From positions 372,001-436,000 of the forward strand of contig UYFQ01000260.1 in NCBI GenBank assembly GCA_900617105.1: a stretch of DNA of 64,000 nucleotides. The letters are read 5' to 3'. Both the position numbers and the translations under genes were made by a program. The notes beneath the pieces were generated by a model, which ran no database searches, was not told the DNA's origin, and saw only the letters and a program-made list of their open reading frames with translations. The first letter of the stretch is position 1. Every line of letters begins with the position of its first letter. This stretch comes from Hydrurus foetidus. Its lineage: Eukaryota. Below are positions 42,780 to 53,579 of the stretch, in pieces.

Positions 42780-43769
42780 ATGAACGGCTTGATGGATGGC
42801 GGGCTTGGCCTGGTTGGCGACATCGGCGGAACCAACGCGCGTTTCGCCCTGGTGGAATTCGATGGGCCTGATCCCCGCCTGATCGAACCGACGGCCTATA
42901 AGGGCGAGGACTACGCCACGGCCGAAGAGGCCATCGAGGACTACCTGCACAAGGTCGGGGTCAAGCATCCTGATCAGGCGGTGGTCGCCGTGGCGGGTCC
43001 CATCGAGCACGGCACGGTCCATATGACCAATCTGGACTGGCGGATCTCGGAAGACAGTCTGCGCCGGGCAGGGGGCTTTCGAAAGGCTACCCTGATCAAC
43101 GACTTCACGGCCCAGGCCCTGGCCGCGCCGCGCCTGTCGCCCAAGGACCTGCGCCAGATCGGTGGCCTGCCGACATCCGGTGAAGGGGATCTGGCGATCC
43201 TTGGTCCTGGTACAGGATTTGGCGTCGCCGGCATGGCCCGCCGCCATGGGGTCGATACGCCCCTGACGACGGAAGGTGGCCACATCGCCTTCGCGCCGAC
43301 CGACGATATTGAAATCGAGATCCTGCGCGCCCTCACCAAGCAGTTCGGCCGGGTGTCGATCGAACGCATCCTGTCTGGCCCCGGCATGGAGGACCTGCAC
43401 ACGATCCTGGCTGCCGCCGAGGGCCGCAAGGTCGAGTCTCTGCCGGCCAAGCAGATCAGCGAGCGGGCTCTGGACGGTTGCGCCGACAGTCTGGCGACCG
43501 TGAACCGCTTCTGCGCCATTCTCGGTTCGACGGCGGGTGACCTGGCCCTGGCCCTGGGGGCCCGAGGCGGCGTGTTCATCGCCGGCGGCATCGGCGCCAA
43601 GATCGTCGAATTGCTGGAGACCGGCCCGTTCCGCGCCCGCTTCGAGGCCAAGGGCCGGTTTGTCGACTACATGAAAGCCATACCGACCCATGTGGTCATG
43701 CAGCCCTATACCGCCTTGATCGGAGCCGCTGTGGCCCTGACCCCGGAAGGATACGCCTCAATCTCCTAG
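42780..43769 (+). CDS. glk: Glucokinase
   Basis: GDIGGTNARFAL, INDFTAQA, GPGTGFG, EGGH, ERILSGPG. Confidence 0.95.
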   Translation: MNGLMDGGLGLVGDIGGTNARFALVEFDGPDPRLIEPTAYKGEDYATAEEAIEDYLHKVGVKHPDQAVVAVAGPIEHGTVHMTNLDWRISEDSLRRAGGFRKATLINDFTAQALAAPRLSPKDLRQIGGLPTSGEGDLAILGPGTGFGVAGMARRHGVDTPLTTEGGHIAFAPTDDIEIEILRALTKQFGRVSIERILSGPGMEDLHTILAAAEGRKVESLPAKQISERALDGCADSLATVNRFCAILGSTAGDLALALGARGGVFIAGGIGAKIVELLETGPFRARFEAKGRFVDYMKAIPTHVVMQPYTALIGAAVALTPEGYASIS

Positions 43770-43805
43770 CCCGAAGCTGCCCTTACGCGCGCGCAGGGGC
43801 TCGCC

Positions 43806-43821
43806 ATGACAAGGCTGTCAT
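43806..43821. promoter_or_regulatory. LacI-family operator upstream of the lacI-type gene
   Basis: ATGACAAGGCTGTCAT, variant of the zwf palindrome. Confidence 0.65.
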
Positions 43822-43947
43822 GGCTTATTGCCTGACAAGCCGAATGAATCGGTGAGCGTGGCAGCCGAACGTGGGCGCCGGTTTCGGCGTCTGCCACGCT
43901 CAAAGCATGATTTAGAGCCCCAAAAGGCTCTAGGGCGAGGGGCGGAA

Positions 43948-44970
43948 TTGAGCTCGAAGATCACTATCCATGATGTCGCCCGACAGTCGGGCGTCTCGAT
44001 CAAGACTGTCTCGCGCGTTCTCAATCGCGAACCCAACGTCAAGGCCGACACCCGCGATCGGGTGCAGGCGGCGGTGGCGGCGCTGCACTATCGCCCCAAT
44101 ATTTCGGCCCGCAGCCTGGCGGGATCGAAGGCCTATCTGATTGGCGTCTTCTTCGACAACCCCAGCCCCGGCTACATCACCGATGTCCAGCTGGGCGCCA
44201 TCGCGCGGTGTCGGGAGGAGGGCTATCACCTCATTGTCGAGCCGCTCGATTCCACGGCCGACAATGTCGAGGACCAGGTCGCGCCGATGTTGGCGACCCT
44301 GCGGATGGACGGCGTCATCCTCACGGCGCCGGTCTGTGACCATCCCGTCGTGCTGGCGGCGCTGGAGCGGGAGCAGGTGCCGTATGTGCGCATCTCGCCC
44401 GGCAGCGACCTGGATCGTTCGGCCCGGGTCGGCATGGACGACCGGCTGGCCGCCTATGAGATGACCAAGCACCTGATCGAACTGGGTCACCGCGATATTG
44501 GCTTCATCATCGGCCACCCCGATCACGGCGCTTCGCATCTGCGCCATCAGGGCTTCATGGAGGCGATGGCCGATAGCGGCCTGACGGTTCGGCCTGAGCG
44601 GGTGGAGCAGGGCTACTTCTCGTTCCGCTCCGGCTTCGAGGCCGCAGAACGGTTGCTGACTAGCGGCGATCGGCCCACGGCCGTGTTCGCCAGCAATGAC
44701 GACATGGCGCTGGGCGTCATGGCCGTCGCCAACCGACTGCGGCTGAATGTGCCCGAAACCCTGTCCGTGGCCGGGTTCGACGACACACCGGGCGCCAAGG
44801 TCGTCTGGCCTCAGCTGACCACCGTCCGCCAGCCGATCGCCGCGATGGCGGGGGCGGCGGCCGACATGCTGCTGAACGGCGTGTCGTGGGACGAGGGGGA
44901 GCTTCCGCCCTCGAAGCTGCTGGATTTCGAACTGGTGGTCCGTGAATCGACAGGTCCGGCGGCGGTCTAG
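43948..44970 (+). CDS. LacI-family transcriptional regulator
   Basis: ITIHDVARQSGVSIKTVSRVLN HTH, FASNDDMALG, GFDD, LTTVRQP; probable TTG start. Confidence 0.93.
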   Translation: MSSKITIHDVARQSGVSIKTVSRVLNREPNVKADTRDRVQAAVAALHYRPNISARSLAGSKAYLIGVFFDNPSPGYITDVQLGAIARCREEGYHLIVEPLDSTADNVEDQVAPMLATLRMDGVILTAPVCDHPVVLAALEREQVPYVRISPGSDLDRSARVGMDDRLAAYEMTKHLIELGHRDIGFIIGHPDHGASHLRHQGFMEAMADSGLTVRPERVEQGYFSFRSGFEAAERLLTSGDRPTAVFASNDDMALGVMAVANRLRLNVPETLSVAGFDDTPGAKVVWPQLTTVRQPIAAMAGAAADMLLNGVSWDEGELPPSKLLDFELVVRESTGPAAV

Positions 44971-45003
44971 CCTCTACTGGACGCCAGGGAGATAGATCGT
45001 AGT

Positions 45004-45030
45004 TGACAGCGCTGTCTGATTACGTTGTCA
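45004..45030. promoter_or_regulatory. Tandem LacI-family operators upstream of the GH3 leader
   Basis: TGACAGCGCTGTCT abutting TGATTACGTTGTCA. Confidence 0.65.
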
Positions 45031-45077
45031 TGGCCCCAACCAAGAACGTCGCTTTCAAGCGGCGTCCGGAGGAGACC

Positions 45078-45146
45078 TTGATCTCGCTACATATTTCGCC
45101 GGACCGCGCGTGTTCGCTGGTCGTCGCCTCGTGTCGGGGCCTCTAG
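45078..45146 (+). CDS. Candidate 22-aa leader peptide
   Basis: GGAGGAG RBS at 45068-45074, TTG start, MISLHISPDRACSLVVASCRGL-TAG. Confidence 0.4.
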   Translation: MISLHISPDRACSLVVASCRGL

Positions 45147-45156
45147 GCGCGTGCTT

Positions 45157-45197
45157 CTCGACGCGGCGCACCTGCGCGCTGCGTCGAGCCTTTTCTT
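45157..45197 (+). terminator. Terminator-like hairpin inside the GH3 leader
   Basis: 13-bp stem CTCGACGCGGCGC / GCGCTGCGTCGAG (one G-U), 6-nt loop, then CCTTTTCTT. Confidence 0.6.
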
Positions 45198-45243
45198 CAT
45201 GTCGGCCGATTTGCGCCGGCTCCGCGCTACCACGGGAAGTTTC

Positions 45244-47701
45244 ATGTTCGCTCGTCGCCGCTCCGCCCACGCCTCGGTTCTCGCTCTTCTGATCGCCGGA
45301 AGCCTCGGCGGTGTAGGGGTCGCCCAGACGCCGTCGGCCTTGGCGCATCCCGAACTCTGGCCCAAGGCGGCGAGCCCCAAGTCGATCACCGACGCCAGGA
45401 CCGAGGCCTTCATCACCGACCTGATGTCGCGCATGAGCCTTGAAGAAAGGTGGGGCAGACCATCATGGCCGATGGCTCCGCGATCACGCCGGAGGACCTA
45501 CGGAAATACCCGCTGGGTTCGGTCGAGGCCGGCGGAAACACCGCGCCGGGCGGAGACGACCGCGCTGCGCCGGCAAAATGGGTGGACTGGATCAAGTCCT
45601 ATCGCGCGTGGCGCTGGAGAAGCGCGACGGTCACGGCGATCCCGATCATCTTCGGCATTGACGCTGTGCATGGTCACAACAACATCGTCGGCGCGACGGT
45701 ATTCCCGCATAATGTTGGCCTCGGGGCAGCGCGCGACCCGGACCTGATCCGCCGGATCGGTGAGGTTACCGCCGCCGAGGTCGCCGCGACCGGCGCCGAC
45801 TGGACGTTCGGTCCCACTGTGGCCGTGCCGCGCGACGAGCGCTGGGGGCGAGCCTATGAGGGCTATGCCGAGGACCCAGAGGTGGTGAAGACCTATTCGG
45901 GTCCCATGACCTTGGGCCTGCAGGGTGTTCTTAAGTCCGGGCAAGCCCTTGCCGCGAACCATGTGGTCGGCTCGGCCAAGCACTTCGTTGCCGATGGCGG
46001 CACGAGGGCGGCAAGGACCAGGGCGACGCCCTGATCTCTGAGCAGGACCTGATCCGGTTGCACGCCCAGGGCTATCCGCCCGCCATCGACGCCGGGATCC
46101 TGACCGTCATGGTCTCCTTCTCCAGCTGGAACGGGGTCAAGCACACCGGCAACAAGAGCCTGCAGACGGGCGTCCTCAAGGAGCGCATGGGCTTCGACGG
46201 CTTCATCGTCGGCGACTGGAACGCGCACGGCCAGGTCGATGGCTGCAGCAACACCAACTGTCCGCAGGCCTATATCGCCGGCATGGACATGGTCATGGCG
46301 CCTGACAGCTGGAAGGGCCTGTTCGACAACACCCTGGCCCAGGTGAGGGACGGCACGATCCCGATGGCTCGCATCGACGACGCCGTGCGCCGCGTGCTGC
46401 GGGTAAAGGTCAAGGCGGGCCTGTTCGACGGCAAGCGTCCCCTGGAAGGCAAGTTCGAACTGCTGGGTGCGCCCGAGCATAGGGCCGTGGCGCGAGAAGC
46501 TGTTCGCAAGTCACTGGTGCTGCTGAAGAACCAGGGCGTGCTGCCGATCAAGAGTTCGGCCAGGGTGCTGGTCGCCGGCGACGGCGCCGACGACATCGGC
46601 AAACAGGCCGGCGGCTGGACCCTGACCTGGCAGGGCACGGGCAACAAGAACAGCGACTTCCCGGGCGGCCAGTCCATCTATGCCGGCATAGCCGACGCGG
46701 TGAAGGCGAGCGGTGGACAGGCTGAACTGGCCCGCGACGGTGTCTTCAAGACCCGTCCCGACGTGGCGGTGGTGGTGTTTGGCGAGAATCCCTATGCCGA
46801 GTTCCAGGGCGATGTGACCAATCTGGAATATCAGCCCGGCGACAAGACGGACCTGGCCCTGATCAAGTCGCTCAAGGCCCAGGGCATTCCTGTGGTCGCC
46901 GTGTTCCTGACCGGTCGTCCGCTCTGGACCAATCCCGAGATCAATGCCTCTGACGCCTTTGTCGCCGCCTGGCTTCCGGGCAGCGAGGGCGGCGGGGTCG
47001 CGGATGTCCTGATCGGCGACAAGGCCGGCAAGCCGCGCCATGACTTCAAGGGCAAGCTGTCCTTCTCCTGGCCCAAGCGCGCCAATCAGGCGCCGCTCAA
47101 TCGCGGTGATGCGGTCTATGATCCGCAGTTCGCCTATGGCTACGGCCTGAGCTACGCCAAGCCGGGCAAGCTCGCGACCCTGTCGGAAGATCCCGGCGTG
47201 GTGTCGGCTGCCGTCAATGTCGACCGCTATTTCATTGCCGGCCGCGCACCAGCCCCCTGGACCCTGAACATCGGCGGAGCGCTGGCGGTCCGGCCGATCG
47301 ACGCCGGCGCCCAGGAGAATGCGCGCCTCGCCGAATGGAGCGGAGAGGGCAATGGCGCGCTCCAGGTCATGGGCCAAGCCGTGGACCTGTCCCGCCAGAC
47401 CACTGGCGACATGGCCGTGTCGATCCGTTACCGGGTCGATGTCGCGCCGGAGAAACCGGTTTCCCTAGCGATCGCCTGTGGCGAATCCTGCGGCGCGGCG
47501 CTAGACGTAACGTCAACTTTCTCCAGCGGGAAAATTGGCGAATGGCGTACGGCCAAGATCAAACTTTCCTGTTTCAAGGCCAAGGGCGCGGACATGGAGC
47601 ATGTTTCCTCCCCGTTTGCCTTGTCGACGACGGGACGGTTCGCTCTGGCCTTCACCGAAATCCGGCTGGCCTCCAACGAGGGCGACGCCGTCTGCCCCTG
47701 A
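45244..47701 (+). CDS. GH3 beta-glucosidase (exo-1,4-beta-glucosidase-like), secreted; frameshifts near 45450 and 46010
   Basis: Signal peptide; GIDAVHGHNN, RWGRAYEG, AKHF, MVSFSSWNG, VGDWNAH nucleophile, FGENPYAE; C-terminal galactose-binding-like domain. Confidence 0.92.
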
Positions 47702-47738
47702 CCTCAGCACACCATGCTTTCCTAGAAGGAGCGGCCGC

Positions 47739-49167
47739 ATGATCCGCGCGCGTCGTTCCCGCATCGTCGCCACCATTGGCCCGGCCTCGAGTTCGCCGGA
47801 GATGATCATCACCCTGGCCCGGGCCGGGGCGGATGTCTTCCGTCTGAACTTCAGCCACGGCGCGCATGAGACCCATGCCGCCGTCTATGCCGCGATCCGC
47901 GCGGCCGAGCCCATTGTCGGTCGGCCGCTGGGTATTCTGGCCGACCTGCAGGGACCCAAGCTGCGCGTCGGCAAGTTCGCCAACGGCCGGTGCAGCTGAA
48001 GGCCGGCCAGGCGTTCCGCTTCGACGACGACGCTACGCCTGGCGACGAGACGCGCGTTTGCTGCCGCATCCGGAAATCCTGGTGGCCATGCGCCCTGGCG
48101 CGACCCTGCTGCTGGACGATGGAAAGCTGCGGATGACGGTCACCGACGCCGGGCCTGGCTATGCCAACACCAAGGTGGTCAACGGCGGCAAGCTGTCGGA
48201 GCGCAAGGGCGTGGCGGTGCCGGATGTCGTCATCCCGATGTCGCCCCTGACGCCGAAGGACCGCGAGGACCTGGCTTTCGCCCTGCGGCTGGGTGTCGAC
48301 TGGGTCGCCTTGTCGTTTGTGCAGGCTCCGGAAGACATGGCCGAACTGCGCCGTATCGTCGAAGGCCGCGCCGCTGTGCTGGCCAAGATCGAGAAGCCCC
48401 AGGCGCTGGAATGCCTCGGCGCGATCCTGGACCTATGTGACGGCGTGATGGTCGCGCGGGGCGACCTTGGCGTCGAGATGGCGCCCGAAGAGGTGCCAGT
48501 CGCCCAGAAAATCATCCTGCGGGCGGCGCGCGAGCGCGGCATACCGGTGATCGTCGCCACCCAGATGCTGGAATCCATGACCAGTTCGCCGACGCCCACG
48601 CGGGCCGAGGCGTCGGATGTCGCCAATGCGGTTTATGAGGGCGCGGACGCGGTCATGCTGTCGGCAGAGTCCGCCGCTGGCGACTATCCTGAGGAATCTG
48701 TCTCGATGATGAACCGCATCATTGAGCGGGTTGAGCGCGATCCGCGCTGGCCTGAGCTGATGCAGGCCGAACAGCCGCATCAGGACGACGACGCGGATGT
48801 GCTGGTGGTTGCCGCCGCCGGCGCCGCCAAGGCCGGCTCGACCAAGTGCCTGGTGGCGTTCACCACGACCGGCGCCACGGCCCGTCGTCTGGCGCGCGAG
48901 CGCCCGCTTCAGCCGGTTCTGGCCTTGTCGCCCGAGATCAACGCCGTGCGCCGCATGACGCTGGTCTGGGGCGTTGAACCGCGCGTCAGCGCCCAGCCTG
49001 ACAGCCTTGAGGTCGTCACCACCGACGCGGCCAGCCGGGCGCTGGAACTGGGACTGGTGGCGCCGGGCGAGCGCCTGTTGATCGTGGCGGGCACGCCCTT
49101 CGGCGCTCCGGGTGCAGCCAATCTGCTACGGCTGGCCCACGCGCCAATGCCGATCCGCAAGCGCTAG
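47739..49167 (+). CDS. pyk: Pyruvate kinase; frameshifts about 47990-48060
   Basis: IVATIGPAS, FRLNFSHG, DLQGPKLR, AKIEKP, MVARGDLG, ATQMLESM, PTRAE, MLSAES. Confidence 0.95.
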
Positions 49168-49301
49168 CGTATCTCTGACCTAGGGGCGTTGGCTCAGGCG
49201 CTGATCGCCTTGCCGAGCCGCGTCATAGCATTCGCACGCCATGGCTTTGAGCTGAGCATCGCTCCGCTTTGCCGATCAATGAAATGCGGCCTTGGAGAGG
49301 G

Positions 49302-49331
49302 CCGCCCATCCCCTGTTCAGGGGATGGGCGG
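49302..49331. terminator. Strong hairpin between convergent pyk and acyl-CoA dehydrogenase
   Basis: CCGCCCATCCCCT-GTTC-AGGGGATGGGCGG perfect 13-bp stem; no clear U-tract. Confidence 0.6.
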
Positions 49332-49337
49332 GTAAGG

Positions 49338-50469
49338 TCAAAAACCTTGAAGGCGTGCGTAACGGTCGCGATGGAACGCCGCGCCGCCAAACAGCGCCTC
49401 GGCCACGCGGGCGCGCTTCATGTAGAGCCCGGAATCGTGGGCGTCGGTCATGCCGATGCCGCCATGCATCTGGACCATTTCGTTGGAGGCCAGGTGCAGC
49501 ACTTCGCAGGCCTTGGCCTTGGCGAGCGAGGCCAGGGCGCGGGTGTCGCCGCCAGCATCAAAGGCTTCGAGTGCAGCCTCGACGCATGAACGGGTGGTCT
49601 CCAGGTCGGTAAACAGCTTGGCCGCCCGATGTTGCAGCGCCTGGAATGTGCCGATGACCTGTCCGAACTGGGTGCGGGTCTTCAGGTAGTCCAGGGTGAT
49701 GTCGAAGGCGGCGTTGGCCGTACCCAGCATTTCGGCGGCGATGCCCGCATAGGCGCGATCGAGGGTCGGCTCCAGCACAGCCCAGCCCTTGTCAACTTCG
49801 CCCAGCACCGCGGCCGCGCCGACCGACACGTCCTTGAACGTGATCTGCGCCGCGCCGCGCGAGTCCGCCAGGGCCAGGTGCGTTCGGGTCACACCAGCCG
49901 CGTCGCCGGGCACGAGGAACAGGGTCAGGCCGTCGGTGTCGCCAGGCTTGCCGCCGGTGCGCGCCGCGACGATCAGCAAGTCAGCGGCTTCGCCGTCGAT
50001 CACGAAGGTCTTGGAGCCGTTGAGGACAAAGCCATCGCCCGCCTTGGTCGCCGCCAGCGCGGTACGGGCGGGGGCGTGGTGAGAGGTCTCGTCCACGGCC
50101 AGGGTGGCGACCGCTTCGCCCAAGGCGATCCTGTCGAGCCAGGCGGTTTTCTGGACGTCGGTTCCCGCCAGGTTCAGGGCCGAGGCGGCGATCAGGGCGG
50201 TAGAGAGCAGGAGAGGCGACCAGGTTGCGCCCGGTCTCTTCCAGCACCAGACCCAGACCCAGATAGCCGAAGGCCGAGCCGTTATGCTCTTCGGGGACGA
50301 TCACCCCGGCCCAGCCCATCTGGCCCATTTCGGACCAGGCGGCGGGGTCGAAGCTTGCGCCCGACTTGCTGTCGCGCAGTTTGCGCAGGGCGCCGACGGG
50401 CGCGCTGTCAGTGGTCCAGCCCTTGGCCGCGTCGCGCAGCATGGTCTGTTCTTCGGTCAGGACGGCCAT
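49338..50469 (-). CDS. Acyl-CoA dehydrogenase family protein; frameshift near 50210
   Basis: LTEEQTMLRD, LNGSKTFV, RTQFGQVIGTFQALQHR, VQMHGGIGMT. Confidence 0.9.
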
Positions 50470-50539
50470 GTCAGGCGTGCTCCCTCGATTGATGATGGAC
50501 GGCCCTTGTCCGGGCCCGTTCGGTATGGACGGGTGTGGA

Positions 50540-51745
50540 TCACTGGTGATCCAGCAGGCCGAGCACGCGCTTGGCGACGACGTTGAGGTTCACTTCGCTG
50601 GTGCCACCCTCGATCGAATTGCCCTTTGAGCGCAGCATGCCGCGCGTGACGGTCAATTCGTCCTTGCTGAAGCCTTCGCCCTCCCAGCCCAGGCCCTGCA
50701 GGCCCATGGCCTCGACCATCAGCTCGTAGCGCTCCTGGTTCATCTTGGCGGCGGCATATTTGATGATCGAGACGGCGGCGCTGGGGCCGTTGCCGGTCTT
50801 CGACTCCTGCTCGGCGCGACGCACCGTCAGGGCGAACGCGTGGGCGTCCATGCGATGGGCGGCGATGCGGGCGCGCAGGTCGCCGTCGGCCAGACGACCG
50901 GTCTCGTCGACGCCGATCTCCTTCTTGGCCACGTCGACCAGGTCCAGACCGCCGCCGCCGCCGAAGCCGCTGGCCGAGATGTTCTGGCGCTCGTACTGGA
51001 GGAGCCGCTTGGCGATGTCCCAGCCGCCGTTGAGCTTGCCGACCAGCTGATCCTTGGGAACCTTCACGTTGTCGAAGAAGGTCTCGCAGAAGGGCGAGGA
51101 GCCGCTGATCAGCTTGATCGGGCGCGGATCGACACCCGGCGTGGTCATGTCGAACAGCACGAACGAGATGCCTTCGTGCTTCTTGGTGGTGTCGGTGCGC
51201 ACCAGGCAGAAGATCCAGTCGGCCTGGTCGGCATAGCTGGTCCAGACCTTCTGGCCGTTGATCAGATAGTGGTCGCCCTTGTCTTCGCACTTGGTCTGCA
51301 GGGCCGCGAGGTCAGAGCCCGCGCCGGGTTCTGAATAGCCCTGGCACCAGCGGGTCTCGCCGCGCACGATTCCAGGGATGAACTTCTTCTTCTGGTCTTC
51401 GGTGGCGTATTCCAGCAGCACCGGGCCCAGCATCCAGACACCGAAACTCATCAGGGCCGGACGCGCCTTGATGCGTCGCAGCTCCTGTTCCAGCACCTTG
51501 TTCTGGGCCTTGGAGAGACCGCCGCCGCCGTATTCGGTGGGCCACATCGGCGCGGTCCAGCCGCGCTCAGCCATGCGGTCGAGCCAGAGCTTGGCGTCGG
51601 GGTTCTTCCAGACCATCTTGCGACCGCCCCACGGGGCGTCGTCCTCACCCATCGGCGCATGCAGCGACGGCGGGTAGTTGGCTTCCAGCCAGGCGCGGGT
51701 CTCGGCCCGGAAGGCGTCGAGTTCGGTTGCACCGAAGTCGGCCAT
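50540..51745 (-). CDS. Acyl-CoA dehydrogenase family protein
   Basis: WCQGYSEPGAGSDLA, INGQKVWTS, FFDNVKVP, SIEGGTSEV. Confidence 0.93.
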   Translation of the reverse strand: MADFGATELDAFRAETRAWLEANYPPSLHAPMGEDDAPWGGRKMVWKNPDAKLWLDRMAERGWTAPMWPTEYGGGGLSKAQNKVLEQELRRIKARPALMSFGVWMLGPVLLEYATEDQKKKFIPGIVRGETRWCQGYSEPGAGSDLAALQTKCEDKGDHYLINGQKVWTSYADQADWIFCLVRTDTTKKHEGISFVLFDMTTPGVDPRPIKLISGSSPFCETFFDNVKVPKDQLVGKLNGGWDIAKRLLQYERQNISASGFGGGGGLDLVDVAKKEIGVDETGRLADGDLRARIAAHRMDAHAFALTVRRAEQESKTGNGPSAAVSIIKYAAAKMNQERYELMVEAMGLQGLGWEGEGFSKDELTVTRGMLRSKGNSIEGGTSEVNLNVVAKRVLGLLDHQ

Positions 51746-51838
51746 GGTCGTCTCTCCCTTGGGATCGTCATCTTTCGGCGTGTCTGGCACGCCGCGCGTC
51801 GCCAGACTACGCGACCGCGCGCGGCGGGCAAGCCGATT

Positions 51839-51852
51839 CAAACGATCGTTTA
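51839..51852. promoter_or_regulatory. PsrA-type TetR operator upstream of the acyl-CoA dehydrogenase pair
   Basis: CAAAC-GATC-GTTTA. Confidence 0.6.
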
Positions 51853-51939
51853 TCGCAAGGCGGGCGACCGCGTCACATGTTCAGGCGTATATGGTGGCCA
51901 CGTGGGGTCCCGCAGGGGATTCGCCGATCCGGGTTCTTG

Positions 51940-53579
51940 ATGTCAGCGCCTGAATTCAGACCGGCGGCCTTGGTAATGGCCCCAACCCTCTCGGCCATCC
52001 TCGCCGTCTCGGCCGGGGTTATGCTCTTGACCTCCGGCGCGACGCCGTCCGAGCCGACGCGCTTTGCACTTCTTCTCGCGTTCGCGCCTGACCTGCTGAT
52101 CGAGATCAGCCACTTCGTCTCGTCGATCCTGGGTCTTGTCTTGCTGCTTCTGGCCTTTGGTCTGCGGTCGCGCCTCGACGGCGCGTGGTGGGCTGCGGTC
52201 ATCACGCTGGCCGCGGCGGCGGTTCTGGCCATTTTCAAGGGCCTGAACTGGGAAGAGACAGCGCTTCTGACGCTGTGTTGCCTGTTGATCCTGCCGTTCC
52301 ATGAAGCGTTTCCGCGCAAGGCCGCGCTGTTCCGGATGGAGATCACGCCAGGCTGGCTGCTGTCGGCTGCCGCAGCGCTGGGTGGGGCGGCCTTCTGCGG
52401 CTGGTGGGTCTTCACCCACACCGAATATGCCGACAAGTCTTGGATGCGCCTGATGGGCGACCAGGACGCCGCCCGCGCCATTCGCTCATCTGTGGCGGCC
52501 GCTATCGTGCTGCTCGCCATCGGTGTGTGGCGGCTGATCGCGACCCCTGCCATGCCGCCTGTCGTCGATGATACGGATCCTGAATTCGACCGGGTTCGCG
52601 CCATTCTCGCCAAGGCCGAGGATGCCGAACCAGGGTCCAATCTGGCGCTGCTCGGGGACAAGCGGTTCCTGTTCTCGGCCTCGGGCGAAAGCTTTCTGAT
52701 GTTCGGCGTACGCCGTCGCTCCTGGATCGCCCTTGGCCCGCCCGTCGGTCGCCGCGATGAGCGGATGGAGCTGTTCTGGCGCTTCAGGGAACTGGCCGAC
52801 GCCCATGCGGCGCGCGCAGGCTTCTATGCCCTGGGCCCTGACGACCTGCCTGACACCATTGATCTGGGTCTGGCCATCCAGAAGACAGGGGAAAGCGCCG
52901 CCGTGCCGCTGGCGGCCTTCTCCCTGGTGGGCCGCCGCCGCGAGGTTCTGCGCCGCAACTGGCGCAAGGCGGGCGAGGGCGGGGCGGCTTTTGAGGTCCT
53001 CCCGGCCGGCGAGGCGCCGATTGAGGAACTGAAGACGATTTCGGACGCCTGGCTCGGCCATCACGCTGGCGGCGAGAAGGGCTTCTCCATGGGGGCTTCG
53101 ATCCGCGCTATGTGGCCGAGTTCCCCGTGGCTCTGGTTCGCTCGGAGGGCAAGATTGTCGCGTTCGCCACCCTGTGGACGACAGCGCACAAGTCCGCCTT
53201 CTCCATGGATCTGATGCGCTATTCCGACGAAGCGCCCAAGAATGTGATGGACTATCTGTTCGTCGAACTCCTGCAGTGGGGCCGCGACGAAGGCTATCTG
53301 GCCTTTGAGTTCGGCATGGCTCCTCTGGCGGGGCTGGAGGACCGTCCGCTGGCGCCGATCATGTCGCGCGTGGGTCGCCTGCTCTATGAGCGCGGAGAAG
53401 AGATCTACAATTTCCAGGGCGTGCGCCGCTACAAGGACAAGTACGACCCCGTCTGGCAGCCGCGCTATATTGCCGCGCCGCGAAAGTGGGCGATCCCTTT
53501 TCTGCTGGCCGACATCGGTCTGTTGTCTTCGGGCGGTGTCAGCGGTCTGACCAAGCGACCAAAGCGGTCCGCGACCTAA
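51940..53579 (+). CDS. Aminoacyl-phosphatidylglycerol synthase (MprF/LpiA-like synthase domain); frameshift near 53095, start approximate
   Basis: About six TMs then LALLGDKRFLFS, WIALGPPVG, EKGFSMG, DLMRY, FEFGMAPL, YNFQGVRRYKDKYDP.W.PRY. Confidence 0.85.
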
